DNA of 64,000 bases from Salisapilia sapeloensis CBS 127946 (taxonomy: Eukaryota > Protista > Oomycota). The stretch covers positions 100,265-164,264 of the forward strand of contig JAADVB010000007.1 in NCBI GenBank assembly GCA_023334545.1, given 5' to 3'. The notes under the pieces were generated by a model that was given only the letters and a program-made list of their open reading frames with translations, made no database searches and was not told the origin of the DNA. Positions 23,849-36,333 of this stretch are shown here, piece by piece. The position numbers and the translations under genes were made by a program. The number at the start of each line of letters is the position of its first letter. The first letter of the stretch is position 1.

Positions 23849-26800
23849 ATGGCGACTCGAAGGGACAGTATGCGAGCGTCATCGGAAAGTAGTGGCCCTC
23901 GCTACAACCTGACACTGGAGCGTGTGTTGGGCGTGACGGTCGATGGTAATACCATGATGGCAGTCAATCCGGTAGACGGAGACGTCGCGTATGCTGCTGG
24001 ATGCATTGTCGTAATTTACAAGATAAGACGACATAAGCAAGTGAGATATTATCGAGTAGAGAAACCAGTGAGCTGCTTGTGTTTCTCGCCCGACGGTCGT
24101 TATCTTGCTATTGGAGAGAAGGGATATCAGCCGTCGATAACGATTTGGGATTGCAAAGATGGATCCCTGACATATGAGCTCCAAAGACACCAATACAGTA
24201 TTGCTTGCTTGGCTTTTACGACTGATGGAAGCTTTCTACTTTCATGTGGTCAGGAAGAAGACCAACGCTTGTATGCGTGGGATATGTTAGATCCATCGAA
24301 AGAAGATCGTGTCATTGGTATCGCTAAAGTAGAGGAGAAAGTATATGCTATCACGTACTCCCAAGCAGATCAATACTTTGTGTCTGTTGGTGAAAGACAC
24401 GTCAAGGTTTGTGTCCTTTACCACTTCAGACGTACTCATCTTGCTTATATCGTCTATGACCTAGTTTTGGTACCTCGATGGCTACGGGCAGTTTATTTTT
24501 ACCGGATACGAGGTCGACGGACTTCCAGAGCTGCATCGCCAGGATGCTGTACTGAATACGAAGGCCAATACCATCTTTGTAGACATCTGTAGCGGACATG
24601 GATGCTGTCAGCACAAGACATACGCAATAGCGACGGATGGAACGGTGTGCTGCTTTAACGGTTCAGCCATCCTAGAAACTACCGTTTCTCTTGAAACACA
24701 GGTCGGGAATGCACTGCATGTGACGGAAGCGTATGTTGCTGTCGGTGGATCGAATGGAACTGTCCGACTATTTAGTCCTACTGATTTAGAGTATATCGCT
24801 ACGTTACCATTCCCGCCGGCATTAGGAATGGCGAATGCACCACTTCCGTTTCATGACTCGGAAGCAGTTTCTCCAGTATATTCGACACATCGCTACCCTG
24901 CTGTCGTTGCTGTGAGGCTAACAGGATCCTCTGCGATCGTACTTTACAGTGACCACAGCTTGTTTATATACGACATCGATGATATTGCTGAGTCTTCCAT
25001 CCATCGAGCGTTCTTATACCACAGTGGTCCTGTGAAAGATCTGCATGTCGTTGGTAAAGCTATCGGACGTACCAAAAGAGATCGTGTCATCCAAGCAAAT
25101 GAAGAAAAGCGACTGCTTCAGGCAATACCGACAGGATCGTTCGTGACTTGCAGCGTTGACAACACCGTCCGAGTGTGGAATTTAGAAGTGCATAAGCAAA
25201 CGGGTAGACATACAGACAGAGGTAATCAAAGCAAGTATGAAAGCATGTGGACGAATCAGTATAGCAAAGAGATGCTTCGACTTGTGTATTATGACAGTGA
25301 CGACGCTTTCGAGGATAGTGGTGCTTTCATTTTAGGAGGCACAGCTCCATCCACTTCCGTTCGAGATGTACGGAACGACGCTTTGAAGCACAATAACTAT
25401 GCAAGTACACTCCAAACGCTTGCTATTCATCCGAATGGCACAAGTCTTGTGGCTGGTGCATCGGATGGAAATATAATGGCTGCTTCGTTTGATCCTGATC
25501 ACGAGGAGGAGAAAGAAGTCGTTGGGGTCCATATGTCAGAGCTTACCAAAGTGATGTTTAGACAGAATGGCACTGGCGATTCCTATCAAGTCGTGACTGG
25601 AGGAAAGGATAGACTGGTAAAGGTTTATGAAGAAGGGAAATGGGAAAAAGCTGTTAGTCAGGCTCAACCCCATGCGCGAAGTATAAAGACGCTATGGGCT
25701 GCAGCAAATTGTAAAGTTGTAGTGAGTGGTGCATCCGATTCAACATTAGCGTTTTCAGACATAAAAAATGATGGAAGTCATAGTCTTCTTCATTCCATTG
25801 AGCTTCCGACGTCTATCTACGACATTTGTGGTACTGTGAATGGAAAGAGGATTATAGTTACCCATGGTAATCGTCTGGATATGTATGACGTTGATTCGAA
25901 GAAGCAAATGAAAAGTTATTACGTTGGAGAACAGCACCGCATTGCGATATGCCCAGCAGACTACTGCATCGCACTTGGTGGCTCTCCTTCCGATATGACA
26001 TTGCGAGTGGTGGAAATGGATACTGGTGAAACTCTAGCCGAAACCACAGGGCATGGCGATGTAGTGTCTGGAGTCCAGTTTACGCCAGACTGCCGAAGGC
26101 TCATCTCCGTCAGCAAGGATGGATGCATTTTCGTATGGCGGTTATCGGAAGCTTTCCAGAAAGCTATAAAGGCAAAGTTACCACGTCAAGACGATGGTCA
26201 GTCTATCGCAATACCAAAGCCAGTCATACAAACGGATGAAGAAGAAAAAGTGATGCCGCCACCAGCTCCGCCTCAGGAAGTTAGTAAGACAAAAAATCCA
26301 CTCCGCAAAACATACAAGAACGATGATACCCAAGCTAAAGCTAGTAGTCCATCAAATGGCTCTATCAGCAGATTACGAAGACACTCTATCGCTAGCTCCA
26401 TAGTCGACAGTCCTGGTCGTAAAAGTCCAAAACATAAAGGTAGCCCACATAGTCGCGTACGTCGACGAAGTAGTAAATCGATGAAAAATCTCAAGGCTGC
26501 ATCAGCTTTACCAGAGGAGAAGCCACCCGCAAAGCCGTCGTCAATACAGAAGGAAATCTTAAACGCAGAGGCTATTCCTACAATCAAAGTAGAAACCCAA
26601 GAAACTGGAAAGGTGGACCAGACTGCACGGTCTTCCATCGCTTCAAAAATTTCGTTACCAGGCAAAGAGATTGCTTTTAAGCAGAAGATAAAGCATCATA
26701 CACTTGGTTCAGCTGTGCAAACAAACCATTCCGTTGTCGGGAAGAGCTTGCTGTTTCGAAGCAATTCATATAACAATAACCAGCCTTCAACCATCGATGT

Positions 26801-28255
26801 TAGCAGCTCCACGCTAGCAACAGAACGAACAGGTATGGCACGCAAGCAGAGACAGAAACAAACGGCAGAAGCAGTGGAAGCCATGACTATGAAGCTTAGT
26901 CGACTTGGAATGTGGAAACCAGACAAGTATAAACAGTCGCAAGCGTCTGAAAGTATAGCGGAAGATGTCAAAGCAGCAGAAGTCGCAAAGGACGATATAT
27001 CTCTTGTAAATGAGAGTATAAGTCCAAATGATTTGTCAAGCGAAAAAGGTCGGACTGATGATATAGAACAGCAGCAAAGCAATGTTGATGAGGAAGGCCA
27101 CCCAATGCAAGAAAAAGATCAGGGGGAGGAGATGGAAGGAAGCTTTGATGTACCTCCTGAAATGTTTCAGTCCATTGAAGTCCCAAAGAGTATTGAGAGA
27201 TTTCATCTTGGCGACGGAGATGGAGTGGTTCAGGAAACGGAAATCATAGATAACGATGTTTCCGACGCAGGGCCTTTGGGTGAACAAGAGTATCAGCAGG
27301 AGAGTCTTGTAATGGGGAAATCAGCGCATTCGAATACGTTACATGAAGGAGTTGATGGCTCCGTTGCTGCATCATACAGTATGTTTACTTCAGGCTATGC
27401 ACAAAGCTCAGACGTTGCACGTCCTTCTTCTGTCGATGAGTCCATTAGTATTCCAACTGGAGCCTCTCTAAGTACATTTACGTCAGGTTTCCAAGCACCA
27501 AAGAACAATCCTGCTCGCATTTTAGTCTCTAGCACAAACGAAAGCCAGGAGAAGATGCATGTCGACAGTTCAATAAGCGCTTTTACAAATGGCTATCAAA
27601 ATGGTGTGAATCAAAGCAACCATACGCGTTCATCAGTCGCACCTTTGAGGCAGACTTTAAGTGCTTTTACGGAAGGCTACGCTGATCACACAGAGGCTGA
27701 GTGTCCTGGTAGCGACAATGACGATAGCGACTTGATATCGAGCTCCCTGAGTAAGTTTACCGAAGGGTACGAGCAGCATGCTGGAAACGAAAGTGTGTCA
27801 GGAGTACATAGTACTGCTTCACCTGTGCTGTCTTCCGTCGCAAAGTCGCTGAAGAGTGAGCTAGTGAAAGAGTCATTGAGTCTCTTTACAGACGGGTACG
27901 TTACAATCGAAAAGGACGATTTGGATCAAGACAGCACGACAACATCGAGTCCCAATTCACAACAATGTGTCAAAGTGAGTGAAACAGGTATGTTATCTTT
28001 ACTACAAGTATCATGCACCATTATAATGCTCTTTCTAGATCCAAAGAAGGTGATCAAAGTAATGAGGAACTTGGAGTCGCAATTGGAAGCAACCGAATCG
28101 GAAATGGTACAGCTCGGAGATACCGCAGGTATGGTGCTACTCGTATACTTGGAGCAATATTCGCGACTTCTATTTGTCACTCTATAGGACTTGGTGAAAT
28201 TCGTTCCTTGATGCAACAGCTTCGAACGCGTATACAAGAGCACCAGCAAAAATAG
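23849..28255 (+). CDS. WDR62/MAPKBP1-like WD40 repeat protein, spliced
   Basis: LTLERVLGVT...AVNPVDGDVAYAAGCIVVIY...CLCFSPDGRYLAIGEKG.QPSITIWD...GSFVTCSVDNTVRVWNL...GHGDVVSGVQFTPDCRRLISVSKDGCIFVWRL, then a long low-complexity tail. Confidence 0.88.
27369..27899 (+). repeat. Six degenerate protein-level repeats S-[LIY]-S-x-F-T-x-G-[YF] in the WD40 protein tail
   Basis: ASYSMFTSGY, ASLSTFTSGF, SSISAFTNGY, QTLSAFTEGY, SSLSKFTEGY, ESLSLFTDGY at roughly 30-43 aa spacing. Confidence 0.85.
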
Positions 28256-28314
28256 CAAAGTCAAACGATCACATTAGCCTTGTAAAGAAGCTTAAACGCA
28301 AATGCTCCATCTTC

Positions 28315-29241
28315 TTACTCTTCTCTTAGTTCTGTCGTCCATATCAGAGGGTGTGATGCATGCACCTGAACCTCATTTCCACTGTCATCTACGCGATTGG
28401 AGCTCGAGACGAGACCACCAAAAGCCGTCGCGCCACTTTTCAAGTTCCACTTCAGCCCGCTTGTCGTAAGTGAGGTACATGGTTCACCCACGGGAATGAG
28501 ACCGCATGTACGAGACTCGAAATTAAAGTTCGGACGGATCGTGTGGGTGACGTCAGGCTCGAGCAAGACGGCGGTAGTTTGCTCTGACAGTAATGTGATT
28601 TGCTCAAAAGTATCTTTCCAACAGTACAAAGCATTGATGTTTTGCATCTCTTGATCAAACCGACCACCCATAGCTCCAAAGATCATAACGGAGAATTTCT
28701 GACTATTATCACCTTTCCTTTGCTCTTCTTGGATCAACTCGAGGCATTTACCAAGGTCATTCGAGTCTTGATCACGGTCATGTATGATACTCGTATTTCT
28801 GGCAGAGTAGTGCTTACGCACGTCGTCACGTAGAGAGTCTAGGTCGCCTTTAATATAATGAGGAGCGCCCTTTTCGAGCACGCCGATCTCTTTGCTGCGG
28901 TCGAAAAGCCTATTGGCACCACCATCCGCACATATTGTAAGCTCTGCTCGGGTCCAGAGCGACCAGAATAACCCTGCTGGAGAATCAGGAGTATCCTCTT
29001 GTGGTATGATCCATGACGCATTCGATGCATTCAGCAAAAGCACAGCCAACCGAGGACCTGGTGTGTCATCCGAGCTCTTATTTGTCGACCAGAAGGCATT
29101 CGAGTGCACTTTTGTACTCATATCTCGCCCAAAAAGCTTTGTATTTTGACTGGCACTAGCAAGTACTTGTTTACTGCCTCTTGTTTGGATTAATCGAGTG
29201 GAGATGGAGGAGATCGATATCCCGGAACGTCGTATTCGCAT
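28315..29241 (-). CDS. TPK1: Thiamine pyrophosphokinase
   Basis: ICADGGANRL, IKGDLDS, DQDSNDLGKCL, GAMGGRFDQEMQNI, CGLIP, TSGLKWNL, FGGLVSSSN. Confidence 0.95.
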   Translation of the reverse strand: MRIRRSGISISSISTRLIQTRGSKQVLASASQNTKLFGRDMSTKVHSNAFWSTNKSSDDTPGPRLAVLLLNASNASWIIPQEDTPDSPAGLFWSLWTRAELTICADGGANRLFDRSKEIGVLEKGAPHYIKGDLDSLRDDVRKHYSARNTSIIHDRDQDSNDLGKCLELIQEEQRKGDNSQKFSVMIFGAMGGRFDQEMQNINALYCWKDTFEQITLLSEQTTAVLLEPDVTHTIRPNFNFESRTCGLIPVGEPCTSLTTSGLKWNLKSGATAFGGLVSSSNRVDDSGNEVQVHASHPLIWTTELREE

Positions 29242-29401
29242 AGTGTGTCCTGTCGCTAACTTTACGCTTCGTGGTACACCTACGGCACGTTCGGATCTAT
29301 CTGATTACTGGAACTTTGTATGCTACTCGACGCCGCTCGATGCCACTCGATCCCAGTATCTCATCTGATCAAAGGGCGGCTCGGACGTGCAGAGTACAAG
29401 G

Positions 29402-30829
29402 ATGACGGACGAAACTATGAAGAAGCTCGATATGTCTCTCGATGACATCAACCAAGAGCGTCGTACTACCCAGGACAATGGTGCCGGTGGCAAAAGCAAG
29501 AACACGTATGTGGCTCTATTGTCGATGCTTGTACTCGGATGCAGCACTATACCAGAATAGCGTCTTACGTGTGGGTTTATGCTACTAGCAAACGTGCGGA
29601 TCGTATTGCTAAATCGGATCCATATCCACGCCATACTCGAAAAGGTATACATCTCTTCTTATACATCAGTTTCTAGTCGCATGGCGTATGCTGGATATTA
29701 ACATGGTCTCTAGTTTGCCACTAATGTCCTTGTTTTCCATGTAGATGACAGCGACGAAGACATGCTCGAATCGCCTCGTGTCGGCAAACGCGTCTACGTT
29801 GGCAATTTATCTTGGGGCATCAAGTGGCAGGATCTAAAAGACCACATGCGTGCTGCCGGAGACGTTGAGCATGCTGACATTCTCGAGACGGGAGGTCGAT
29901 CCAAGGTACCCTATCTACTAGAAGACATCTAGCTCGTATCTAACGCTGCCCGTATACAGGGCTGCGGCATCGTGACGTACGCGTCGGAGGATTATGCCAA
30001 GCAAGCGATCGAGACACTGAACGACACCGAGTTGGACGGTCGAAAGATCTTTGTGCGTGAAGACCGGGAGGAAGGATCTTCCTCTGGTGGTGGACGCCCG
30101 CACAAGGGCTGCCGTGTATACGTCGGCAATCTATCGTGGACAGTCAAGTGGCAGGAGCTCAAGGACCACATGAAGCAGGCTGGTAACGTCGTCCATGCGG
30201 ATGGTACGTTCCTATAAAGATAGACACATAAGATGGAATGCTTATAGAGTAGTCATGGAGGAGGTGACGGGCAGGTCGAAAGGCTGTGGACTGGTCGAGT
30301 ACGCTACTCCAGAGGAAGCGCAACGGGCGATTGACACGCTGAACGACACCGAGTTGGAGGGACGTATGGTCTTTGTGAGGGAAGACCGAGAGCCAGATGG
30401 AGGCAGCATCTCGCGTATCGCTCGACCAGCCGGTGGTCGTGGAGGCCGTCGCCCAGCGCCAAGTCACAGTGGACACTCGGACGGCCGACAGCTTTACGTC
30501 GGCAACGTACGTCTTCCTCTCAAAACCTAGTGTATCTATACTTATAGCAGAGGTGTAGCTTCCGTGGGACATGAGCTGGCAAAATCTGAAGGACCTGTGC
30601 CGGACGGTCGGAGACGTGGAACGAGCTGAGGTGGTCGAGTACCCCGATGGACGTTCGCGTGGCTTTGGTATCGTTCGCTTCCATTCTTCGGACGATGCGG
30701 ACGAAGCGATTGGTACGTTTAATTCAAAAGTGTCAAAAGGATAGCGTCTGACGTATGTTTCTAGCTCGCTTAAACGGATCGGAAGTCGGTGGTCGACGCA
30801 TTGAAGTGCGAGTGGACAAACGCGGATGA
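29402..30829 (+). CDS. Gbp2/Hrb1/hnRNP M-like three-RRM protein with N-terminal Aly/REF-like motif, multi-exon
   Basis: Three RRMs with VYVGNL(S/P)W..(K/S)WQ.LKD and GRS(K/R)G(C/F)G motifs. Exon 1 (29402-29505) encodes [11 protein letters not shown] 56-nt exon 29589-29644 keeps the frame. Confidence 0.9.
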
Positions 30830-30925
30830 AGGATAGAATAAGGATGAAATGGAGGGACGGTGGAGATCTGTTTTTGACAGCAAGTATACTCTTGGTCATG
30901 TTGGAATGGAAAGACACAGTGAGAT

Positions 30926-31804
30926 TTAGTTGGCAGTCGGCTTGATGTTGATCGGAATGCTGTTCTTGGACACTTTCTGATTGCGATTGCCGGATGCTGT
31001 TGGTGGGTGGGAAGACTGAATGCTCTGCGTTTTGTTCGTTGCAGCCCCATTTCCGACAGACGTGGTGGACTGCTGTATGCGTACGTTAGTCTTTGCTTGT
31101 AGGCATAAAGATACGGACATACGGATGGTGGATCATGCGAATCGCTTTCGACTGTGAGTAGTTGATGGTCGACAGGTGGAAGACGGACACCATATTCGTT
31201 CGAGATGGCCGGTAGAGGTACACAGTTACGTTTGTGTGCGAGTTCCATCATGAGCTGTAATGTCAAGTAAGAATCGAATGAAACAATGATAAGAAGTAAA
31301 AATATACTTCTCTAGATGGAATCGGCGCTTGACTTTGGTTCATACGAGATGAAATGGCTAATCGAATATCATCCGCATCGAGTGCCTGATGTGCACGTGA
31401 GTATCAAATGCATTTGTACTTCATAAAGGTGCCAATGTACTGTTTTGTCTGCGTAAGTCGAGTACTCTTGTGCATCGATCAGCAAGTCTGTGGCATATCC
31501 TAGACTAGATAGATCGTATCAGTGCATTCGACGCGGCCTATTATATCTTCGTACGATGAACGAATTCTTGAAGTTGGTGCACGACACGCATTTCATGACT
31601 CTTGGCGCCCATACTTGTGAGCAAAGCCTGGAGTGCCTGAGCATCCATCGGCAGCGTCTCTGCTGCTTTCTGTGCATCTTCATTGGCTCCATCGTCTTCG
31701 TGGAGGTTCTGGAGCGTCCGCATTTGAATCGCTAGATCCCGTTGACTACCATTAGGCCGAGTACCTTGCGGCTGGCTCATCCCATTCGACTCATTCGCAC
31801 TCAT
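30926..31804 (-). CDS. TAF9: TFIID subunit TAF9, spliced
   Basis: LPMDAQALQALLTSMGAKSHEMRVVHQLQEFVHR histone fold. Later exon LMMELAHKRNCVPLPAISNEYGVRLPP. Confidence 0.88.
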
Positions 31805-31963
31805 TTCGCATATGAAGTCCTTGTACGTAGCTATTTCAATGGATCACTGTTTATAATCTTGAAAAAATGCATGCAAATGGTACACTTTTTCACATGTGTC
31901 TATCTATCTAACTTGTGTCTACTAGCACATGAAATATCGACTTGAGCAAATGGTATGGAGCTT

Positions 31964-33493
31964 TTATTTGTATGCTAGCAATAGACAGTTTTCGAGACTG
32001 TCCTCTCGTTCACAGTAGTGAACTAGCTTTGTATGAAATCCTTTTTGGGCCAAATACGCTGCTCTGCCAGCATCCAAAATACGCTTACACTGTCGGCCTA
32101 GTGTCTCCCGTTCTGGTTTTCTATTACAAGAGCTTTAGTTGATACATGTAGATAAATATGCATAAAGGGCAGTATGTACGATATTTGAAGTGCTTTTTCA
32201 ACTGAATCGCCTTCGGTTCCCATTGCACTTGTCGCCCAGGACGTCAAGCTACGTACGAGAGCAAACTCTTCTGGCTTAAAGCCACAAGAGAGAAAGTATG
32301 ACGGATTGATATAGTCTTCCCACTGACAAGCATGGTGGCAGCACAGAGCAATTGCGAGGCCACCTAGCTTGTCACCGTTCTTTGGTAGTGTCTTCAAGCA
32401 GCGTAACGACAGGTCTGTCGCGACGCCACACAAGTGTTTCGACATACAGACGATTCTTTTGTCTGCATTCGACTGAAGTTCATCTAAACCACTTAAATCT
32501 AGGTGTCGAATGTCAATTTTAGCTCGTGTCAAGTCGTTCACTTCGGACGTAATGAAGTGATCTGCTTTGTTTTTTGTCGGTGAACGATCGACTAGGACAA
32601 AGTGACTACTGGAAACATGCTGAGCAAGAGCGTATGAAAGCATGCCTCGACCTGCACCTAGTTCAATGTACAAAGCGCCATCTTGTATCAGCTTAGACTT
32701 GTCCATGTGACCGATGATGGACGCTTGCTGTTCTATATGACGAATGGCACTTTTCTTAGCACCTACGTCATGTTTCTCCTGCAGAAGCTTATCGCAACTT
32801 GGATGACTTAGTTTTTCCACATCGTCTAATGACTGCCCAATGCACTTGGTATAGGCAGTCTGAATACGCTGACGTAGGTCTGAGAAATCGATCCGAAGAA
32901 GACGGTCTAAAAGATTCTGCTCTTGCTGCTCACTGGGTTTCGAATGCTCTTCCGATGATGTCTTCTGTACCTCGGCACTCTGTAGTTTCTCTGTCGATGC
33001 AGGTCTCTGTGTATCGGTGGGTAGATGATAGGTAGAGTCGCCAGAGTTGATGTTGGGAGAGTAGTACGGCAGCGTCGTGGCGATCTGGTGCTCTCGAACC
33101 TTATTGCAGATTTTTGAATGCCGGTCGACGTCATACGCGTACACCGTGTGCGTCGGATCGATCGGACACGGTACTCGTTTTCGACGATCTGGTGCAAATT
33201 GCTTGGACTTTTGACTCGCTATATTATCATCATCTTGTGGAAGATGATTGCCACAATACATGGACCCATGTATACTATTTCATACCACTTTAGGAATCAT
33301 CGACATGCTGATCACAATCGACATCATAAAAGTACCGCTGCATATTGCAAAAGCGTTGTTTCTTTGGAATCCTGAACATGCATCGGTGCCATTCACCTGT
33401 CTGACTAGCAGTCGTTTTCTCTGCTTTGCGTTTCTTGCGAATTTGAGCTCGCTCGGCGTCCGTCAGGTCCGGACGATCCCGCTGCGACTTCAT
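31964..33493 (-). CDS. TRM13: tRNA:m4X 2'-O-methyltransferase TRM13, spliced
   Basis: CMFRIPKKQRFC, YCGNH, RVPCPIDPTHTVY..H...C (CHHC finger), YIELGAGRGML, KIDIRHLDL, SKHLCGVATDLSLRC, IALCCHH, final exon CKRILDAGR...SLENCLL. Confidence 0.95.
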
Positions 33494-33530
33494 TGTCAAA
33501 AAGTGTGTTTCGTGGTGCATGATGGACGAC

Positions 33531-33575
33531 TGTGATTGGCAGAATAATATTTTGTAGGACTATGATTGGAAAAAA
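33531..33575. promoter_or_regulatory. Two CCAAT boxes (TGATTGG) in the 121-bp divergent TRM13/IMPACT promoter
   Basis: TGTGATTGGCAGAAT at 33531 and TATGATTGGAAAAAA at 33561, resembling the oomycete extended CCAAT motif. Confidence 0.55.
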
Positions 33576-33614
33576 ATAATGACAACAAAGCACGCAATGA
33601 ACAATTTAAACGCA

Positions 33615-34771
33615 ATGGAAGGCTCGATGGAAGCACTTAACCGGGAACAGCAAGTACGTTATTGAGTTTGACCACTCGATATACCACATATATACATCCG
33701 AAGACCTAAGGATGACAGCTGCATGTTTATTTGGTTGAAAAGCAATACTAATTGGTTGCTATTGATGCTAGAGTGACGAGATCGAGGTGCTTCAGGTACA
33801 TGCTACATGTCATTTGCGCTATTGGGCACTACTCACGACTTTAAATCAATCTTGTGAATAAATAGTCCATCTACGAAGGTGATGTGGAATTGAGATCGAA
33901 TTATGACGATCCAGACGGCCCTCGGTCCTTCACTGTCCGTATCCCTGGACCACATGCAATTGTGCTCTTGATCCACTTACCAGTGGGCTATCCATCGGAA
34001 GAGCCTCCAGTAGCTGAAATTTACGAATCTTTTGGTCTGACGAATGCCCAACGAGATCAAATTCTCGACGACCTTGTACAACTCTTTACCTCACACAATG
34101 TATATATAAACATTCTTACGTTTATTTATCAGACACACATATTCCAACGATCAAATGGCCAAGTCTGTTTGTATGAATGGATTGAGGATGTACGCGAAGC
34201 ATATTCGGAGGAAAATGCAAATGTCGTCACGAAAGAAGATACTTCGACGTCTGAGGTGCCCGAAGTGGACGTCCCGTCTGTTGATTTCGATTCAGACCCT
34301 CATACGCTCCGACCACGAGTCCGAACAGCCGCGTTTGTTCGGGATGCTGAACGTGAATCCAAACTGTCTCCCCTCATATTTCACGGACAGCCACTTACGG
34401 ATCGAAAGTCTACTTTCCAAGCACATACATGTCCTGTTCATAGTCCAGCGGACGTACGATCTTTCTTGGCGTTGCTACTAGACGATCGGAAGGTAGAGAG
34501 GGCGATTCATAACATGCTTGCCTATCGGATCATTGGCGAATACGTTGTAAAAGACAATGATGAAGATGGGGAAGACGGAGCAGGTAGCAAGTTGTCCCAT
34601 TTGCTAGAGCTCACAGGCGCAGAAAATGTGGCGGTTGTCGTTACGCGATGGTTTGGAGGCATTAAGCTCGGCCCCGATAGATTCAAACACATTAACACAG
34701 TGGCTCGACAAGCACTCGATGAAGCTGGATTACTGCAAGTTGAAACTAGCTCTAAAAAGAATAAAAAGTAG
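33615..34771 (+). CDS. IMPACT: IMPACT/YIH1 (RWD + UPF0029 domain), spliced
   Basis: LPVGYPSEEPP (RWD YPxxxP), CLYEWIE, DRKSTFQAH, HNMLAYRI, DDEDGEDGAGSKL, VVVTRWFGGIKLGPDRFKHI. Confidence 0.95.
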
Positions 34772-36333
34772 TGCTTCTAGCTTTTATGATACACCAGATG
34801 CAGTTTATAGTGGATAGATCATGTCGAGTGTAGAGACTGTCGATATCTATAATAGTGCCTCCATGTATAGGCGTAGTGTTTGAAGAGCATCTAACGTTGG
34901 AGGTCAAGTTTCCAAAAAACATGCTTAAATGGAGATTCTACTTATGCTTAGTTTGATAGCAAACTCATCTTACGCTAAGTGTTCTCTAGACAGAAGAAAG
35001 GGCCTTTAAATAGCAATTTTAACATAGAATACAAGAGTATGTAGCTTAGTCTACTCAACTCGTGGCTTAGAACGAACGCACAATTGACGCTCAAACCAGC
35101 TTAGATTTGGAGTGGTCGCCTGCTTGAGAGAAAACATCAAATTTTGTAACTTCGATCCTGTTTGGTTCATAGTCCGATAGACTCTATGACCGCGTATAAC
35201 CCCAAAACTTCAACCATTAAATTCTATTCCGTTTATTTGCAATACTGCAAAAGCCCAACTCAATGCTCCGACCCCTCCGTCTGATCGAGAAGTATGTTAA
35301 AACATTAAACATCCTTATCAGCTATTCTCGTTCACTTTGCTCGCACAATATACTCTAGATAAGCAGAAAATTAATAGAATATTGCTTTGATCCAAAACAT
35401 TATCGATGATACAGAAGCGACGGCCTAACGGAGGAAACACCAAGGTATTTGATTCTGCATGGCGGCAGATACACATGTCATGTACTTGATTTCTGCGGTC
35501 ACTTTTGTAAGATGTTTAGTCCATTTCGCATAGCCATCGCAGGGTTTTTGATGAAGGTATCTAGGGGAACTTGATTGTTCGCTATAGGCATTCGAACTTA
35601 CTTGATCAGCGGCTCTGGCATATGATCAGCAAAACAGTCATCCTAGAGACATTATACTACTGAGAGTGTCAGACGTAATATACCGTCATAGGAAAGCTCT
35701 CACTTGGCTTTTTGTGACTTTGAAAGCACCCCTACATTTCCAATTTCAACGCACGCTATTGCCAAAAATTTCTTGGTCGCTGTACCCTTCATTCTGCTGG
35801 TTAGCATGTCGGCGGCAAATACTTCCGTTAGTGCAGAAATTAATGTTTCCAGCGCCGTCGATACAGTGCATAGCCCTAGCAGCATGTATGAAACTTAAAT
35901 TCGACCATATCAAACGAAAGTCACGTCTTTATGGAGATAAGGTGGCTTCGATCCGGCTATTCTCGTTCAATTTGCTAGAGTAGGCTAGTCTAGATATTAA
36001 GCTACCAAAGACCTTGGCTATATTTCCAAAAAATTAAAGCCGCTTGAAGTTGCCAACTCGATGGGACGACAAATCGTGCCCGGTCGCATGAAATGGGGAT
36101 TGTATGGTCCAGCGCATTTGCCAGAACGAGATCCTTGCTCCAACTGGTACTGAAACGTCAATCCATTAAGGCGTGCATGTGGCGCCTATTTGTAAACGCT
36201 TTTGTCATCTCATCAAGTTTTGTGGATCTGCCGCCAAATGCTGTCTATTTTCATGCCTGTCGTTAAACATATAGCTGACAGACGAAAATAATACGACCCC
36301 AGCTCAAGCGTACGAGACGGTGGACGAAAACTC

